A stretch of 33,504 nt of DNA from a virus (IMGVR_UViG_2695420456_000021), one strand, 5' to 3'; shown: positions 17,092 through 26,989, counted from the stretch's first letter. Program-made: numbers and translations. The notes: generated from the letters alone by a model not told the origin.

Positions 17092-17236
17092 CCCGCAGAC
17101 GAACGGCGATTTAAGTGCCGATATCCGGCAGCTTGAGAACGCGCTGGCACGCTGTGCCAGCCAGGTAAAAATGATTAAACACTGTCAGGACGAAAACGAT
17201 GCTCAAACCCGACAGCCTGCGCAGGGCACTGACTGA
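16946..17236 (+). CDS. lysC: LysC-like outer-membrane lipoprotein spanin (Rz1-like, 96 aa), out-of-frame overlap with lysB 3' end
   Basis: ATG 16946 inside the lysB frame; signal peptide with lipobox 'LCAGC'; gagg RBS. Confidence 0.65.
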   Translation: MKTKIFAAGTVLTCLMLCAGCTSARPAPTPVIVANACPKVSLCLMPGSDPQTNGDLSADIRQLENALARCASQVKMIKHCQDENDAQTRQPAQGTD

Positions 17237-17666
17237 TGCCGTCACGGTGCTGAAAACCAGCCCCGAGATGCTGCGGATATTCGTGGATAACGGGAGTATT
17301 GCCTCCACACTGGCGACGTCGCTGTCATTCGAAAAGCGTTACACGCTCAATGTCATTGTGACCGATTTTACCGGTGATTTTGACCTGCTCATCGTGCCGG
17401 TGCTGGCGTGGCTGCGGGAAAATCAGCCCGACATCATGACCACCGACGAAGGCCAGAAAAAGGGCTTCACGTTTTATGCAGACATCAACAATGACAGCAG
17501 CTTTGATATCAGTATCAGCCTGATGCTGACCGAGCGCACGCTGGTCAGTGAGGTGGACGGCGCGCTGCATGTGAAGAATATCCCGGAACCCCCGCCGCCG
17601 GAGCCGGTCACCCGCCCGATGGAGCTTTATATCAATGGCGAACTGGTGAGCAAGTGGGATGAATGA
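17199..17666 (+). CDS. R: Tail completion protein, P2 R-like (155 aa)
   Basis: ORF track; size and synteny. Confidence 0.85.
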   Translation: MLKPDSLRRALTDAVTVLKTSPEMLRIFVDNGSIASTLATSLSFEKRYTLNVIVTDFTGDFDLLIVPVLAWLRENQPDIMTTDEGQKKGFTFYADINNDSSFDISISLMLTERTLVSEVDGALHVKNIPEPPPPEPVTRPMELYINGELVSKWDE

Positions 17667-18111
17667 GTTTAAGCGTTTTGAAGACCGGCTGACCGGACTG
17701 ATTGAGTCGCTGTCACCGTCAGGGCGTCGGCGACTGAGTGCAGAACTGGCGAAACGTCTGCGGCAGAGTCAGCAGCGCCGGGTGATGGCACAGAAAGCCC
17801 CGGACGGCACACCCTACGCGCCACGCCAGCAGCAGAGCGCCAGAAAAAAGACCGGTCGTGTTAAGCGAAAAATGTTTGCGAAACTTATCACCAGTCGTTT
17901 TTTGCATATCCGCGCCAGCCCGGAACAGGCATCAATGGAATTTTACGGCGGGAAGTCGCCGAAAATCGCCAGTGTGCATCAGTTCGGTCTGTCGGAAGAA
18001 ACCCGGAAAGACGGTAAGAAAATTGATTATCCGGCGCGTCCTCTGCTCGGCTTTACCGGTGAGGATGTGCAGATGATTGAAGAGATTATCCTGGCTCACC
18101 TCGACCGTTAG
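17659..18111 (+). CDS. S: Tail completion protein, P2 S-like (150 aa)
   Basis: ORF track; size and synteny. Confidence 0.85.
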   Translation: MNEFKRFEDRLTGLIESLSPSGRRRLSAELAKRLRQSQQRRVMAQKAPDGTPYAPRQQQSARKKTGRVKRKMFAKLITSRFLHIRASPEQASMEFYGGKSPKIASVHQFGLSEETRKDGKKIDYPARPLLGFTGEDVQMIEEIILAHLDR

Positions 18112-18177
18112 TTGTGCCATTCCCGACACCTCATCGTCACATTGCCGCCGGTATGACCCGGCGGCATCCTTCCCGTT

Positions 18178-18813
18178 ATGAACACTCTCGCAAATATTCA
18201 GGAAATCGCGCGCGCACTGCGCAACATGATCCGCACCGGCCTTGTCGTCGAAACCGACCTTAACGCCGGTCGCTGCCGTGTGCAGACCGGCGGCATGTGC
18301 ACTGACTGGCTTCAGTGGCTGACCCATCGTGCCGGTCGTTCGCGCACATGGTGGGCACCTTCCGTGGGGGAGCAGGTGCTGATTCTGGCCGTGGGCGGTG
18401 AACTCGACACGGCGTTCGTTCTGCCGGGGATTTATTCCGGCGATAACCCCGCGCCGTCTGCGTCGGCGGATGCCCTGCATATCCGTTTCCCTGACGGGGC
18501 GGTGATTGAATATGAACCTGAAACCAGTGCACTCACGGTAAGCGGAATTAAAACAGCCAGCGTGACGGCTTCTGATTCTGTTACTGCCACGGTGCCGGTG
18601 GTCATGGTGAAAGCATCAACCCGCGTCACCCTGGACACACCGGAGGTGGTCTGCACCAACAGGCTGATTACCGGCACGCTGGAAGTGCAGAAGGGCGGGA
18701 CGATGCGCGGCAACATTGAACACACCGGCGGTGAACTCTCATCAAACGGTAAGGTACTGCATACCCATAAACACCCCGGCGACAGCGGCGGCACAACCGG
18801 GAGCCCTCTATGA
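18178..18813 (+). CDS. V: Baseplate spike protein, P2 V-like (211 aa)
   Basis: ORF track; size and synteny. Confidence 0.9.
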   Translation: MNTLANIQEIARALRNMIRTGLVVETDLNAGRCRVQTGGMCTDWLQWLTHRAGRSRTWWAPSVGEQVLILAVGGELDTAFVLPGIYSGDNPAPSASADALHIRFPDGAVIEYEPETSALTVSGIKTASVTASDSVTATVPVVMVKASTRVTLDTPEVVCTNRLITGTLEVQKGGTMRGNIEHTGGELSSNGKVLHTHKHPGDSGGTTGSPL

Positions 18814-19157
18814 CAGCGCGTTATCTCGGAATGAATCGCAGTGATGGCCTGACGGTCACTGACCTTGAGCATATCAGCCAGAGTATCGGCGATATCCTGC
18901 GCACACCGGTCGGCTCACGGGTGATGCGTCGTGATTACGGCTCGTTGCTGGCGTCAATGATTGACCAGCCGCAGACCCCGGCACTTGAGTTGCAGATTAA
19001 GGTCGCCTGTTACATGGCGGTGCTGAAATGGGAACCCCGCGTCACCCTGTCATCCGTCACCACTGAGCGCAGTTTTGACGGGCGAATGACGGTCACGTTA
19101 ACCGGCCAGCACAACGACACCGGCCAGCCACTTTCGTTAACCATCCCTGTGAGTTGA
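18810..19157 (+). CDS. W: Baseplate wedge protein, P2 W-like (115 aa)
   Basis: ORF track; ATGA overlap with V. Confidence 0.9.
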   Translation: MTARYLGMNRSDGLTVTDLEHISQSIGDILRTPVGSRVMRRDYGSLLASMIDQPQTPALELQIKVACYMAVLKWEPRVTLSSVTTERSFDGRMTVTLTGQHNDTGQPLSLTIPVS

Positions 19158-19161
19158 AACC

Positions 19162-20070
19162 ATGCCGATTATCGACCTGAACCAGCTACCCGCACCGGAT
19201 GTGGTCGAGGAGCTGGACTTTGAAACCATTCTCGCTGAACGCAAGGCGACACTGATTTCCCTTTACCCGGAAGACCAGCAGGAGGCGGTCGCCCGTACCC
19301 TGACGCTGGAATCTGAGCCTCTCGTCAAACTGCTGGAGGAAAATGCTTATCGTGAGCTTATCTGGCGTCAGCGTGTGAATGAGGCCGCACGGGCGGTGAT
19401 GCTGGCCTGTGCCGCCGGTAATGACCTTGATGTGATTGGTGCCAATTACAACACCACGCGCCTGATTATCACCCCGGAAGATGATTCGACCATTCCGCCG
19501 ACACCGGCAGTGATGGAATCTGACACCGATTATCGTCTGCGTATTCAGCAGGCGTTTGAAGGTTTAAGCGTCGCCGGGTCGGTGGGTGCCTATCAGTATC
19601 ATGGCCGCAGTGCCGACGGGCGTGTCGCGGATATCTCTGTCACCAGTCCGTCTCCGGCCTGTGTCACCATCTCTGTGCTGTCACGTGAAAATAACGGTGT
19701 GGCATCCGAAGACCTGCTGGCCGTGGTGCGTAACGCCCTTAATGGCGAGGACGTCAGGCCGGTGGCCGACCGCGTGACCGTGCAGTCTGCCGACATCGTT
19801 GAATACCAGATAAACGCCACGCTGTATCTTTACCCTGGTCCCGAAAGCGAACCCATTCGCGCTGCCGCCGTGAAAAAACTGGAAGCGTATATCACGGCAC
19901 AGCACCGGCTGGGGCGCGACATCCGTCTGTCTGCCATTTATGCCGCTTTGCATGTGGAAGGCGTGCAGCGTGTCGAACTGGCTGCACCGCTGGCCGACAT
20001 CGTGCTCAACAATACGCAGGCGTCTTTCTGTACCGAATACAGCGTCGTGACCGGAGGCTCGGATGAGTGA
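19162..20070 (+). CDS. J: Baseplate protein, P2 J-like (302 aa)
   Basis: ORF track; size and synteny. Confidence 0.9.
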   Translation: MPIIDLNQLPAPDVVEELDFETILAERKATLISLYPEDQQEAVARTLTLESEPLVKLLEENAYRELIWRQRVNEAARAVMLACAAGNDLDVIGANYNTTRLIITPEDDSTIPPTPAVMESDTDYRLRIQQAFEGLSVAGSVGAYQYHGRSADGRVADISVTSPSPACVTISVLSRENNGVASEDLLAVVRNALNGEDVRPVADRVTVQSADIVEYQINATLYLYPGPESEPIRAAAVKKLEAYITAQHRLGRDIRLSAIYAALHVEGVQRVELAAPLADIVLNNTQASFCTEYSVVTGGSDE

Positions 20071-20593
20071 TTCGCGACTGCTGCCGACCGGCTCATCACC
20101 GCTTGAAGTTGCTGCCGCAAAAGCCTGTGCGGAAATTGAAAAAACGCCGGTCAGGATTCGTGAGCTGTGGAACCCGGACACCTGCCCGGCAAATTTGCTG
20201 CCGTGGCTGGCGTGGGCGTTTTCGGTCGACAGGTGGGATGAAAAGTGGCCGGAAGCGACAAAACGCGCCGTTATCCGCGATGCCTATTTCATCCACTGTC
20301 ATAAGGGCACTATAGGTGCAATCCGGCGTGTGGTGGAGCCGCTCGGCTATCTCATCAACGTGACGGAGTGGTGGGAAAACAGTGACCCGCCCGGCACCTT
20401 CCGGCTTGATATTGGTGTACTGGAAAGCGGTATCACAGAGGCAATGTATCAGGAAATGGAACGGCTGATTGCTGATGCCAAACCTGCAAGCCGCCACCTT
20501 ATTAGTCTGAACATTACCCGGGACATTCCCGGCTACCTGTTCGTCGGTGGTGTGGCTTATGACGGCGATGTAATTACGGTTTACCCCGGATAA
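20063..20593 (+). CDS. I: Baseplate/tail fiber attachment protein, P2 I-like (176 aa)
   Basis: ORF track; overlaps the J stop. Confidence 0.9.
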   Translation: MSDSRLLPTGSSPLEVAAAKACAEIEKTPVRIRELWNPDTCPANLLPWLAWAFSVDRWDEKWPEATKRAVIRDAYFIHCHKGTIGAIRRVVEPLGYLINVTEWWENSDPPGTFRLDIGVLESGITEAMYQEMERLIADAKPASRHLISLNITRDIPGYLFVGGVAYDGDVITVYPG

Positions 20594-20603
20594 GTGAGGA
20601 ATA

Positions 20604-22853
20604 ATGAGCACAAAATTCAGAACCGTTATCACCACTGCCGGTGCAGCAAAGCTGGCAGCGGCAACCGCGCCGGGAGGGCGGAAGGTCAACATTACCACGA
20701 TGGCCGTCGGGGATGGCGGTGGTAAATTGCCTGTCCCGGATGCCGGACAGACCGGGCTTATCCACGAAGTCTGGCGACATGCGCTGAACAAAATCAGCCA
20801 GGACAAACGAAACAGTAATTATATTATCGCAGAGCTGGTTATTCCGCCGGAGGTGGGCGGTTTCTGGATGCGTGAGCTTGGCCTGTACGATGATGCTGGA
20901 ACGTTAATTGCCGTGGCGAACATGGCCGAAAGTTATAAGCCAGCTCTTGCCGAAGGCTCAGGGCGTTCGCAGACCTGTCGCATGGTCATCATCGTCAGCA
21001 GTGTGGCCTCAGTGGCGCTGACCATTGACACCACAACGGTGATGGCGACGCAGGATTACGTTGATGACAAAATTGCAGAGCATGAACAGTCACGACGTCA
21101 CCCGGACGCCTCGCTGACCGCAAAAGGTTTTACTCAGTTAAGCAATGCGACCAACAGCACGTCTGAAACACTGGCCGCAACGCCGAAAGCGGTTAAGGCC
21201 GCCTATGACCTGGCTAACGGGAAATACACTGCGCAGGATGCCACCACAGCGCGAAAAGGCCTTGTCCAGCTCAGTAGCGCCACCAACAGCACGTCTGAAA
21301 CGCTCGCCGCAACACCAAAAGCGGTAAAGGCAGCATATGACCTTGCTAACGGGAAATACACTGCACAGGACGCCACCACAGCGCGAAAAGGTCTTGTCCA
21401 GCTCAGTAGCGCCACCAACAGCGATTCTGAAACGCTTGCGGCAACGCCAAAGGCGGTAAAGGCAGCATATGACCTCGCTAACGGGAAATATACCGCACAG
21501 GATGCCACCACAGCGCGAAAAGGTCTTGTCCAGCTCAGTAGCGCCACCAACAGTGATTCTGAAACGCTGGCTGCAACACCAAAAGCGGTGAAGTCTGCCT
21601 ATGACAATGCTGAAAAACGTCTTCAGAAAGATCAGAACGGTGCGGATATTCCTGATAAAGGACGCTTCCTGAGTAACATTAATGTTTACAGCAAAGGTGA
21701 AGTGGATAAGAAAAAGGGAATGCGAAAGTATTCGTTTGCAGCCCCTGCAAATGTCGTTGCCGGGAAGTGGTATCCCGTTATCTTTCGCCGTGCTGCCAGC
21801 CTTTCAGGAGAAATGGCATCCCGCGTCGTTATTTCCACTGGTTGTTATAACAGCGATTATGTAATGAATAACTGCGAGTTTAATGGCATGGTTATGCCCG
21901 GAGGCTGGACTGATCGTGGTTCATATGCGGCAGGTTATTTCTGGACGTATCAGACTAATGAGCGTTCAATTCATTCCATTGTTACAAGCCTGAAAGATGA
22001 TGATGTATGTAGTGTTTTTTATGTTGAAGCCAGAGCTTTCCCTGTACAAATTCTTGCAGAGGAAGGGCTAACGGTTATTGTTCCGACAGAGGATTATGTC
22101 GTCGGTCAGACGACATATAAGTGGGGGGCAACTAATCCCGCTACAGAAAGCACGAACGCGCAGGCTATTCTGGATTTTAAAAATGGGCGCGGTTATTACT
22201 GCTCACATCCATTTATTTCCAGCCTTTCAGGAAATGCTGCAACAGCAACAAAGTTAGCGAACGCAAGAAATATTAATGGTGTCAGATTTGATGGCTCTGC
22301 CGATATAAATATTAATACACTGGTTTCCAGAAACCGTGTTACTGCATTAGGTGGGAGCGTAAAGGGGACACCAGGTATTCAGATGTATGAGGCATACAAC
22401 AATGGCTACCCAACAGCCTATGGTAATGTGCTTCATCTCACTGGTGTAACCGCAGTAGGAGAGGGTGAGTTACTTATTGGCTGGAGTGGAACCAGCGGTG
22501 CTCATGCTCCGGCATATATTCGCTCCCGACGAGATACCACAGATGCTAACTGGTCTGGATGGGCGCAACTATATACAACTGCTCATAAACCCTCAGCGGG
22601 AGATGTTGGTGCATACACCAAAGCTGAGTCAGATTCACGTTATGTGAGAGACATGCGGCTGGGCGGTGCATCTACATATAAACCAGCAAATAATGGTATT
22701 ACATGGACGCATCAGGCTCCGTCAGGTTGCGTATATACCGGCATTATTGTTCAGGATACCGGCTCAAACTCTGCCGATAACATTGGTGGCGTATATTACA
22801 GACCGGTGCAGAAATACATTAACGGGACATGGTATAACGTGGCGCAGGTATAA
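20604..22853 (+). CDS. H: Tail fiber protein, P2 H-like (749 aa) with internal tandem repeats and compositionally distinct C-terminal domain
   Basis: ORF track; conserved N-terminus (MSTKFRTVITTAGAAKLAAA...); repeats at about 21109-21600; GC drops after about 21650. Confidence 0.9.
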   Translation: MSTKFRTVITTAGAAKLAAATAPGGRKVNITTMAVGDGGGKLPVPDAGQTGLIHEVWRHALNKISQDKRNSNYIIAELVIPPEVGGFWMRELGLYDDAGTLIAVANMAESYKPALAEGSGRSQTCRMVIIVSSVASVALTIDTTTVMATQDYVDDKIAEHEQSRRHPDASLTAKGFTQLSNATNSTSETLAATPKAVKAAYDLANGKYTAQDATTARKGLVQLSSATNSTSETLAATPKAVKAAYDLANGKYTAQDATTARKGLVQLSSATNSDSETLAATPKAVKAAYDLANGKYTAQDATTARKGLVQLSSATNSDSETLAATPKAVKSAYDNAEKRLQKDQNGADIPDKGRFLSNINVYSKGEVDKKKGMRKYSFAAPANVVAGKWYPVIFRRAASLSGEMASRVVISTGCYNSDYVMNNCEFNGMVMPGGWTDRGSYAAGYFWTYQTNERSIHSIVTSLKDDDVCSVFYVEARAFPVQILAEEGLTVIVPTEDYVVGQTTYKWGATNPATESTNAQAILDFKNGRGYYCSHPFISSLSGNAATATKLANARNINGVRFDGSADININTLVSRNRVTALGGSVKGTPGIQMYEAYNNGYPTAYGNVLHLTGVTAVGEGELLIGWSGTSGAHAPAYIRSRRDTTDANWSGWAQLYTTAHKPSAGDVGAYTKAESDSRYVRDMRLGGASTYKPANNGITWTHQAPSGCVYTGIIVQDTGSNSADNIGGVYYRPVQKYINGTWYNVAQV
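21109..21600 (+). repeat. In-frame tandem repeat, 132-bp unit (44 aa), about 3.7 copies, within tail fiber gene H
   Basis: Unit boundaries at 21241, 21373, 21505; encoded repeat '...SSATNS(T/D)SETLAATPKAVKAAYDLANGKYTAQDATTARKGLVQL'. Confidence 0.85.
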
Positions 22854-22856
22854 TTT

Positions 22857-23384
22857 ATGCAGCATTTAAAAAATATTACGGCGGGTAATCCAAAAACGGT
22901 TGAACAATATCAATTGACAAAGGACTTTGATGTTGTCTGGTTTTTTTCAGAAGATGGTAAGAACTGGTACGAAGAACAAAAGTATTTTGCTGATGACACG
23001 ATAAAAATAGCGTACGACAAAGATAATATTATCCGCTATGTGGAAAAGGATGTGACAGCTATCAGACCGGATGGATTAAGTGTGGTTGAAGTGGCGGATA
23101 TTACTGCTAACCGACGGGCGGACATTTCAGGGAACTGGATGTTTAAGGATGGCAAAGTGATTAAACGCATTTATACGGCAGAGGAATTGCAGCAGCAGGC
23201 AGAAAACCGGAAAGCTAGACTTCTTGCAGATGCTGAATCCGTGATTTTGCCGCTGGAGCGCGCTGTCAGGTTGAACATGGCAACAGAGGAGGAGCGCACA
23301 CGGCTGGAGGCTTGGGAACGCTACAGCGTTGTGGTCAGTCGTGTGGATCCTGCAAATCCTGAATGGCCGGAAATGCCGCAATAA
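22857..23384 (+). CDS. G: Tail fiber assembly chaperone, P2 G-like (175 aa)
   Basis: ORF track; size and position after H; lower GC, co-varying with the H C-terminus. Confidence 0.85.
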   Translation: MQHLKNITAGNPKTVEQYQLTKDFDVVWFFSEDGKNWYEEQKYFADDTIKIAYDKDNIIRYVEKDVTAIRPDGLSVVEVADITANRRADISGNWMFKDGKVIKRIYTAEELQQQAENRKARLLADAESVILPLERAVRLNMATEEERTRLEAWERYSVVVSRVDPANPEWPEMPQ

Positions 23385-23570
23385 GTTGTATGAACTCTGG
23401 TGTGAGCTTACATATCTATGGCACAGAGTAAAGCCTAATCTGACAGTCCGCTCTGTGCCAGGAGCGGAAGTTGCCAAGAGAACTCTTGCAAAGGTATGAT
23501 AACGTAGGTGCTAAATAATCATGAACCATAATAAATTAAAGGTTTTTAAGTTAACTCTATGGCGTTTCTT

Positions 23571-23599
23571 TTGCATGATGATTTTTTATTTATTATATA
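23571..23599 (+). promoter_or_regulatory. Putative sigma70 promoter (TTGCAT, 17-bp spacer, TATATA) upstream of the Z/fun-position cargo gene
   Basis: Hexamers read from sequence; AT-rich context. Confidence 0.3.
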
Positions 23600-23665
23600 A
23601 AGCTTAAATATACATAATATTTAGCTTCATTTTTTTAGGTATTTTAAAGATTTAGAGGAATGTGA

Positions 23666-25009
23666 ATGGCTACTTATGCTTCTTATTTACCAGAATCACA
23701 AATTATCACTTTGTGCAAGGATTTCCCAGCGTTTACTGATCCTGAAAAATTAGATGGATTCATTAATCCAGAACAGTTTGGCGTGTTTTTTCATGAGTGG
23801 ATTCATTTTCTTCACAATATTTCCACAATTAATGGGTTTTCTATTTTTTGCACGCAAAACATCCTGTGGTCTAATTTTCGCTGGGCAATGGACAATCAGG
23901 ATGTATGTCTTGGTTCAAATGACATGGATCCAGCACATATCGAATCAAACAAAAATTTTCTCAGTTACATTCGTTCCAATAGGAGTCTGCATAAATGTAA
24001 CTTACCTTATTATGTAAAAGTAAACGACTTGTATTTTGAGGATGCAATAATCCATGACATGGAGGTTGCTGACGGTAGTGTTATATGTACATCATTAATA
24101 AAGTGTAGAATTTCTCATTCTGAAAACAAATACGATCTAGATTTAGGCGTGCTTGAAATACTTGAATCCGCAGCTTTTATGCTTGAATGTAAGTGTATTA
24201 ATGCGATGAATGGCTTCCCTCAAGAGGCACCCTTTTATCCGTATCATACTATCAAAGGCTTAGCAGCGAAAATTGCTCCGTCATTAAATGATGAAGATAT
24301 TATTTGTTGTATGTTAGCTTCTTTGCAATCTAATAACCCTCCCCAAGTATTATTCAATCTACTACATAAATGTGAATTATTACATTCTGATTGTAGGTAT
24401 GAACATCTAGTGGCGGAGGTGAAAAAACAATTAAGCGAACAAGATCAAATAATAAGCGAGTCACTTAATCAAATAATTCAAATGATTCCTGTTGATGAAC
24501 CGATGGGAAACTTTATCAAGCTTACTCTTAACAGAATAAGTAACAATTTGAACTATAGAAAGCAAAAACCGTTTTTTGAGTTAGATATAATAAAAAAAAT
24601 AGCAGAAAAAACTGAGTTTATGAATGAAGTAATACAGAAATTCGGTGGTTGCACTATCATCCAGGTAAGACATGGAGATGATAATGAACCACAGCGTGAT
24701 ATTATGTATGACTTTTGCTTACCTGAAAATAATGATTCAATTTTATTTGGTTCGAAAATGCTACGCGCTTGTTTTCACTTTATATTTATTCACTTTAAAC
24801 TTTCTGGTGAAATCATGAAGACAGAAGAATTAAATATTTCGCCGCGTAATAAATGCCCATTTTATACTGTTTGCTGTGCATCAATTCGAGCTAATAATAG
24901 TAATATCTGCGCTGAATCCCCTTGGAAATCAATGTCTATTGATGACAACAAAGGTTGTTATTATGCAGCAGCGATTAAAGCTACTAACCCACCAGTTTTG
25001 CCGGATTAA
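23666..25009 (+). CDS. Cargo protein (447 aa) with N-terminal HExxH motif and Cys-rich C-terminal half; possible Zn-dependent hydrolase, function unknown
   Basis: RBS agagga before ATG; 'FFHEWIHFLH' at residues 41-50 (codons about 23792-23806); many Cys pairs; about 32% GC in a sampled line; occupies the P2 Z/fun position. Confidence 0.7.
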   Translation: MATYASYLPESQIITLCKDFPAFTDPEKLDGFINPEQFGVFFHEWIHFLHNISTINGFSIFCTQNILWSNFRWAMDNQDVCLGSNDMDPAHIESNKNFLSYIRSNRSLHKCNLPYYVKVNDLYFEDAIIHDMEVADGSVICTSLIKCRISHSENKYDLDLGVLEILESAAFMLECKCINAMNGFPQEAPFYPYHTIKGLAAKIAPSLNDEDIICCMLASLQSNNPPQVLFNLLHKCELLHSDCRYEHLVAEVKKQLSEQDQIISESLNQIIQMIPVDEPMGNFIKLTLNRISNNLNYRKQKPFFELDIIKKIAEKTEFMNEVIQKFGGCTIIQVRHGDDNEPQRDIMYDFCLPENNDSILFGSKMLRACFHFIFIHFKLSGEIMKTEELNISPRNKCPFYTVCCASIRANNSNICAESPWKSMSIDDNKGCYYAAAIKATNPPVLPD

Positions 25010-25145
25010 GAATAGTGTTCTTTCTGATAAATATAAAATATTTAAGGTCAGGTCTGCTTATCGCTCAAAGCAGACTGTCAGATTTGATAACGTTTGGGCT
25101 ATGTAAACCGTCAGTTGGAAAATGAGTGAGTGCAAGTCAGGACAG

Positions 25146-25167
25146 GCGGGCGGATTGCCCGCCTTTT
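25146..25167 (+). terminator. Probable intrinsic terminator after the cargo gene (ggcgggc/gcccgcc stem then TTTT)
   Basis: Stem-loop plus T-run read from sequence, about 140 bp downstream of the stop. Confidence 0.4.
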
Positions 25168-25267
25168 CTTTATCTGTTGTTTCATCCACTGACCAGCCAG
25201 GTCAAATAGCGCCTCATGCTCTGCACAACAGAAAATAGTTGCACCCATTAACCACGGAGTTAAACGG

Positions 25268-26458
25268 ATGAGTGACTATCATCACGGCGTGCAGGTGCTG
25301 GAGATTAACGACGGCACACGCGTCATTTCCACCGTATCCACTGCCATTGTCGGCATGGTCTGCACGGCCAGCGATGCGGATGCGGAAACCTTCCCCCTCA
25401 ATAAACCTGTGCTGATTACCAATGTGCAGAGTGCAATTGCAAAGGCCGGTAAAAAAGGCACGCTGGCGGCATCGTTGCAGGCCATCGCTGACCAGTCAAA
25501 ACCGGTCACCGTTGTCGTGCGCGTGGAAGACGGCACCGGTGATGACGAGGAAACGAAACTCGCGCAGACCGTTTCCAATATTATCGGCACCACTGACGAA
25601 AACGGTCAGTACACCGGACTGAAAGCCCTGCTGGCGGCGGAGTCGGTAACCGGTGTTAAACCGCGTATTCTTGGTGTGCCGGGGCTGGATACCAAAGAGG
25701 TGGCTGTTGCACTGGCATCAGTCTGTCAGAAGCTGCGCGCTTTCGGATATATCAGCGCATGGGGCTGTAAGACCATTTCCGAGGTGAAAGCCTACCGCCA
25801 GAATTTCAGCCAGCGTGAGCTGATGGTCATCTGGCCGGATTTCCTCGCATGGGATACGGTCACCAGTACCACCGCCACCGCGCATGCCACCGCCCGTGCG
25901 CTGGGTCTGCGCGCTAAAATCGACCAGGAGCAGGGCTGGCATAAAACGCTGTCCAACGTTGGGGTAAACGGTGTTACCGGCATCAGCGCATCTGTATTCT
26001 GGGATTTGCAGGAGTCCGGCACCGATGCTGACCTGCTTAACGAGTCAGGCGTCACTACGCTGATTCGCCGTGACGGTTTCCGCTTCTGGGGTAACCGTAC
26101 CTGCTCTGATGACCCGCTGTTCCTCTTTGAAAACTACACCCGCACCGCGCAGGTGCTGGCCGACACGATGGCTGAGGCGCACATGTGGGCGGTGGACAAG
26201 CCCATCACCGCAACGCTGATTCGCGACATCGTTGACGGCATCAATGCCAAATTCCGTGAGCTGAAAACAAACGGCTATATCGTGGATGCGACCTGCTGGT
26301 TCAGCGAAGAATCCAACGATGCGGAAACCCTCAAGGCCGGAAAACTGTATATCGACTACGACTATACCCCGGTGCCTCCTCTCGAAAACCTGACCCTGCG
26401 CCAGCGTATTACCGATAAATACCTGGCAAATCTGGTCACCTCGGTTAACAGCAATTAA
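25268..26458 (+). CDS. FI: Tail sheath protein, P2 FI-like (396 aa)
   Basis: ORF track; size and synteny. Confidence 0.95.
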   Translation: MSDYHHGVQVLEINDGTRVISTVSTAIVGMVCTASDADAETFPLNKPVLITNVQSAIAKAGKKGTLAASLQAIADQSKPVTVVVRVEDGTGDDEETKLAQTVSNIIGTTDENGQYTGLKALLAAESVTGVKPRILGVPGLDTKEVAVALASVCQKLRAFGYISAWGCKTISEVKAYRQNFSQRELMVIWPDFLAWDTVTSTTATAHATARALGLRAKIDQEQGWHKTLSNVGVNGVTGISASVFWDLQESGTDADLLNESGVTTLIRRDGFRFWGNRTCSDDPLFLFENYTRTAQVLADTMAEAHMWAVDKPITATLIRDIVDGINAKFRELKTNGYIVDATCWFSEESNDAETLKAGKLYIDYDYTPVPPLENLTLRQRITDKYLANLVTSVNSN

Positions 26459-26470
26459 GGAGCCTGACCG

Positions 26471-26989
26471 ATGGCAATGCCGCGCAAACTCAAGTTAATG
26501 AACGTCTTTCTGAACGGCTACAGCTATCAGGGCGTTGCAAAGTCCGTCACGCTGCCAAAACTGACCCGTAAGCTCGAAAACTATCGCGGTGCGGGGATGA
26601 ACGGCAGCGCACCGGTAGACCTCGGCCTTGATGACGATGCACTGTCAATGGAGTGGTCGCTCGGGGGCTTCCCGGATTCGGTTATCTGGGAGCTTTACGC
26701 CGCAACCGGTGTGGATGCTGTGCCGATTCGTTTTGCAGGCTCTTACCAGCGCGACGATACCGGCGAAACGGTGGCCGTCGAGGTGGTCATGCGTGGACGT
26801 CAGAAAGAAATCGACACCGGCGAGGGGAAACAGGGAGAAGACACCGAGTCGAAAATCTCCGTGGTCTGCACCTATTTCCGGCTGACGATGGACGGTAAGG
26901 AGCTGGTCGAAATCGACACCATCAACATGATTGAGAAGGTGAACGGCGTCGACCGGCTGGAGCAACACCGCCGCAATATCGGCCTGTGA
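26471..26989 (+). CDS. FII: Tail tube protein, P2 FII-like (172 aa)
   Basis: ORF track; size and synteny. Confidence 0.95.
   Translation: MAMPRKLKLMNVFLNGYSYQGVAKSVTLPKLTRKLENYRGAGMNGSAPVDLGLDDDALSMEWSLGGFPDSVIWELYAATGVDAVPIRFAGSYQRDDTGETVAVEVVMRGRQKEIDTGEGKQGEDTESKISVVCTYFRLTMDGKELVEIDTINMIEKVNGVDRLEQHRRNIGL

Noticed and set aside
17932-18480. 182-aa minus-strand ORF
   Set aside because: Antisense across the S/V genes; no RBS and GC-rich.
21203-21550. 115-aa minus-strand ORF and 21145..21327 plus ORF
   Set aside because: Products of the 132-bp tandem repeat inside H; the repeat is also coding and lacks the short-repeat/unique-spacer structure of a CRISPR array.
23127-23477. 116-aa minus-strand ORF
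   Set aside because: Antisense to the G 3' end, running into the intergenic region; no supporting signals.
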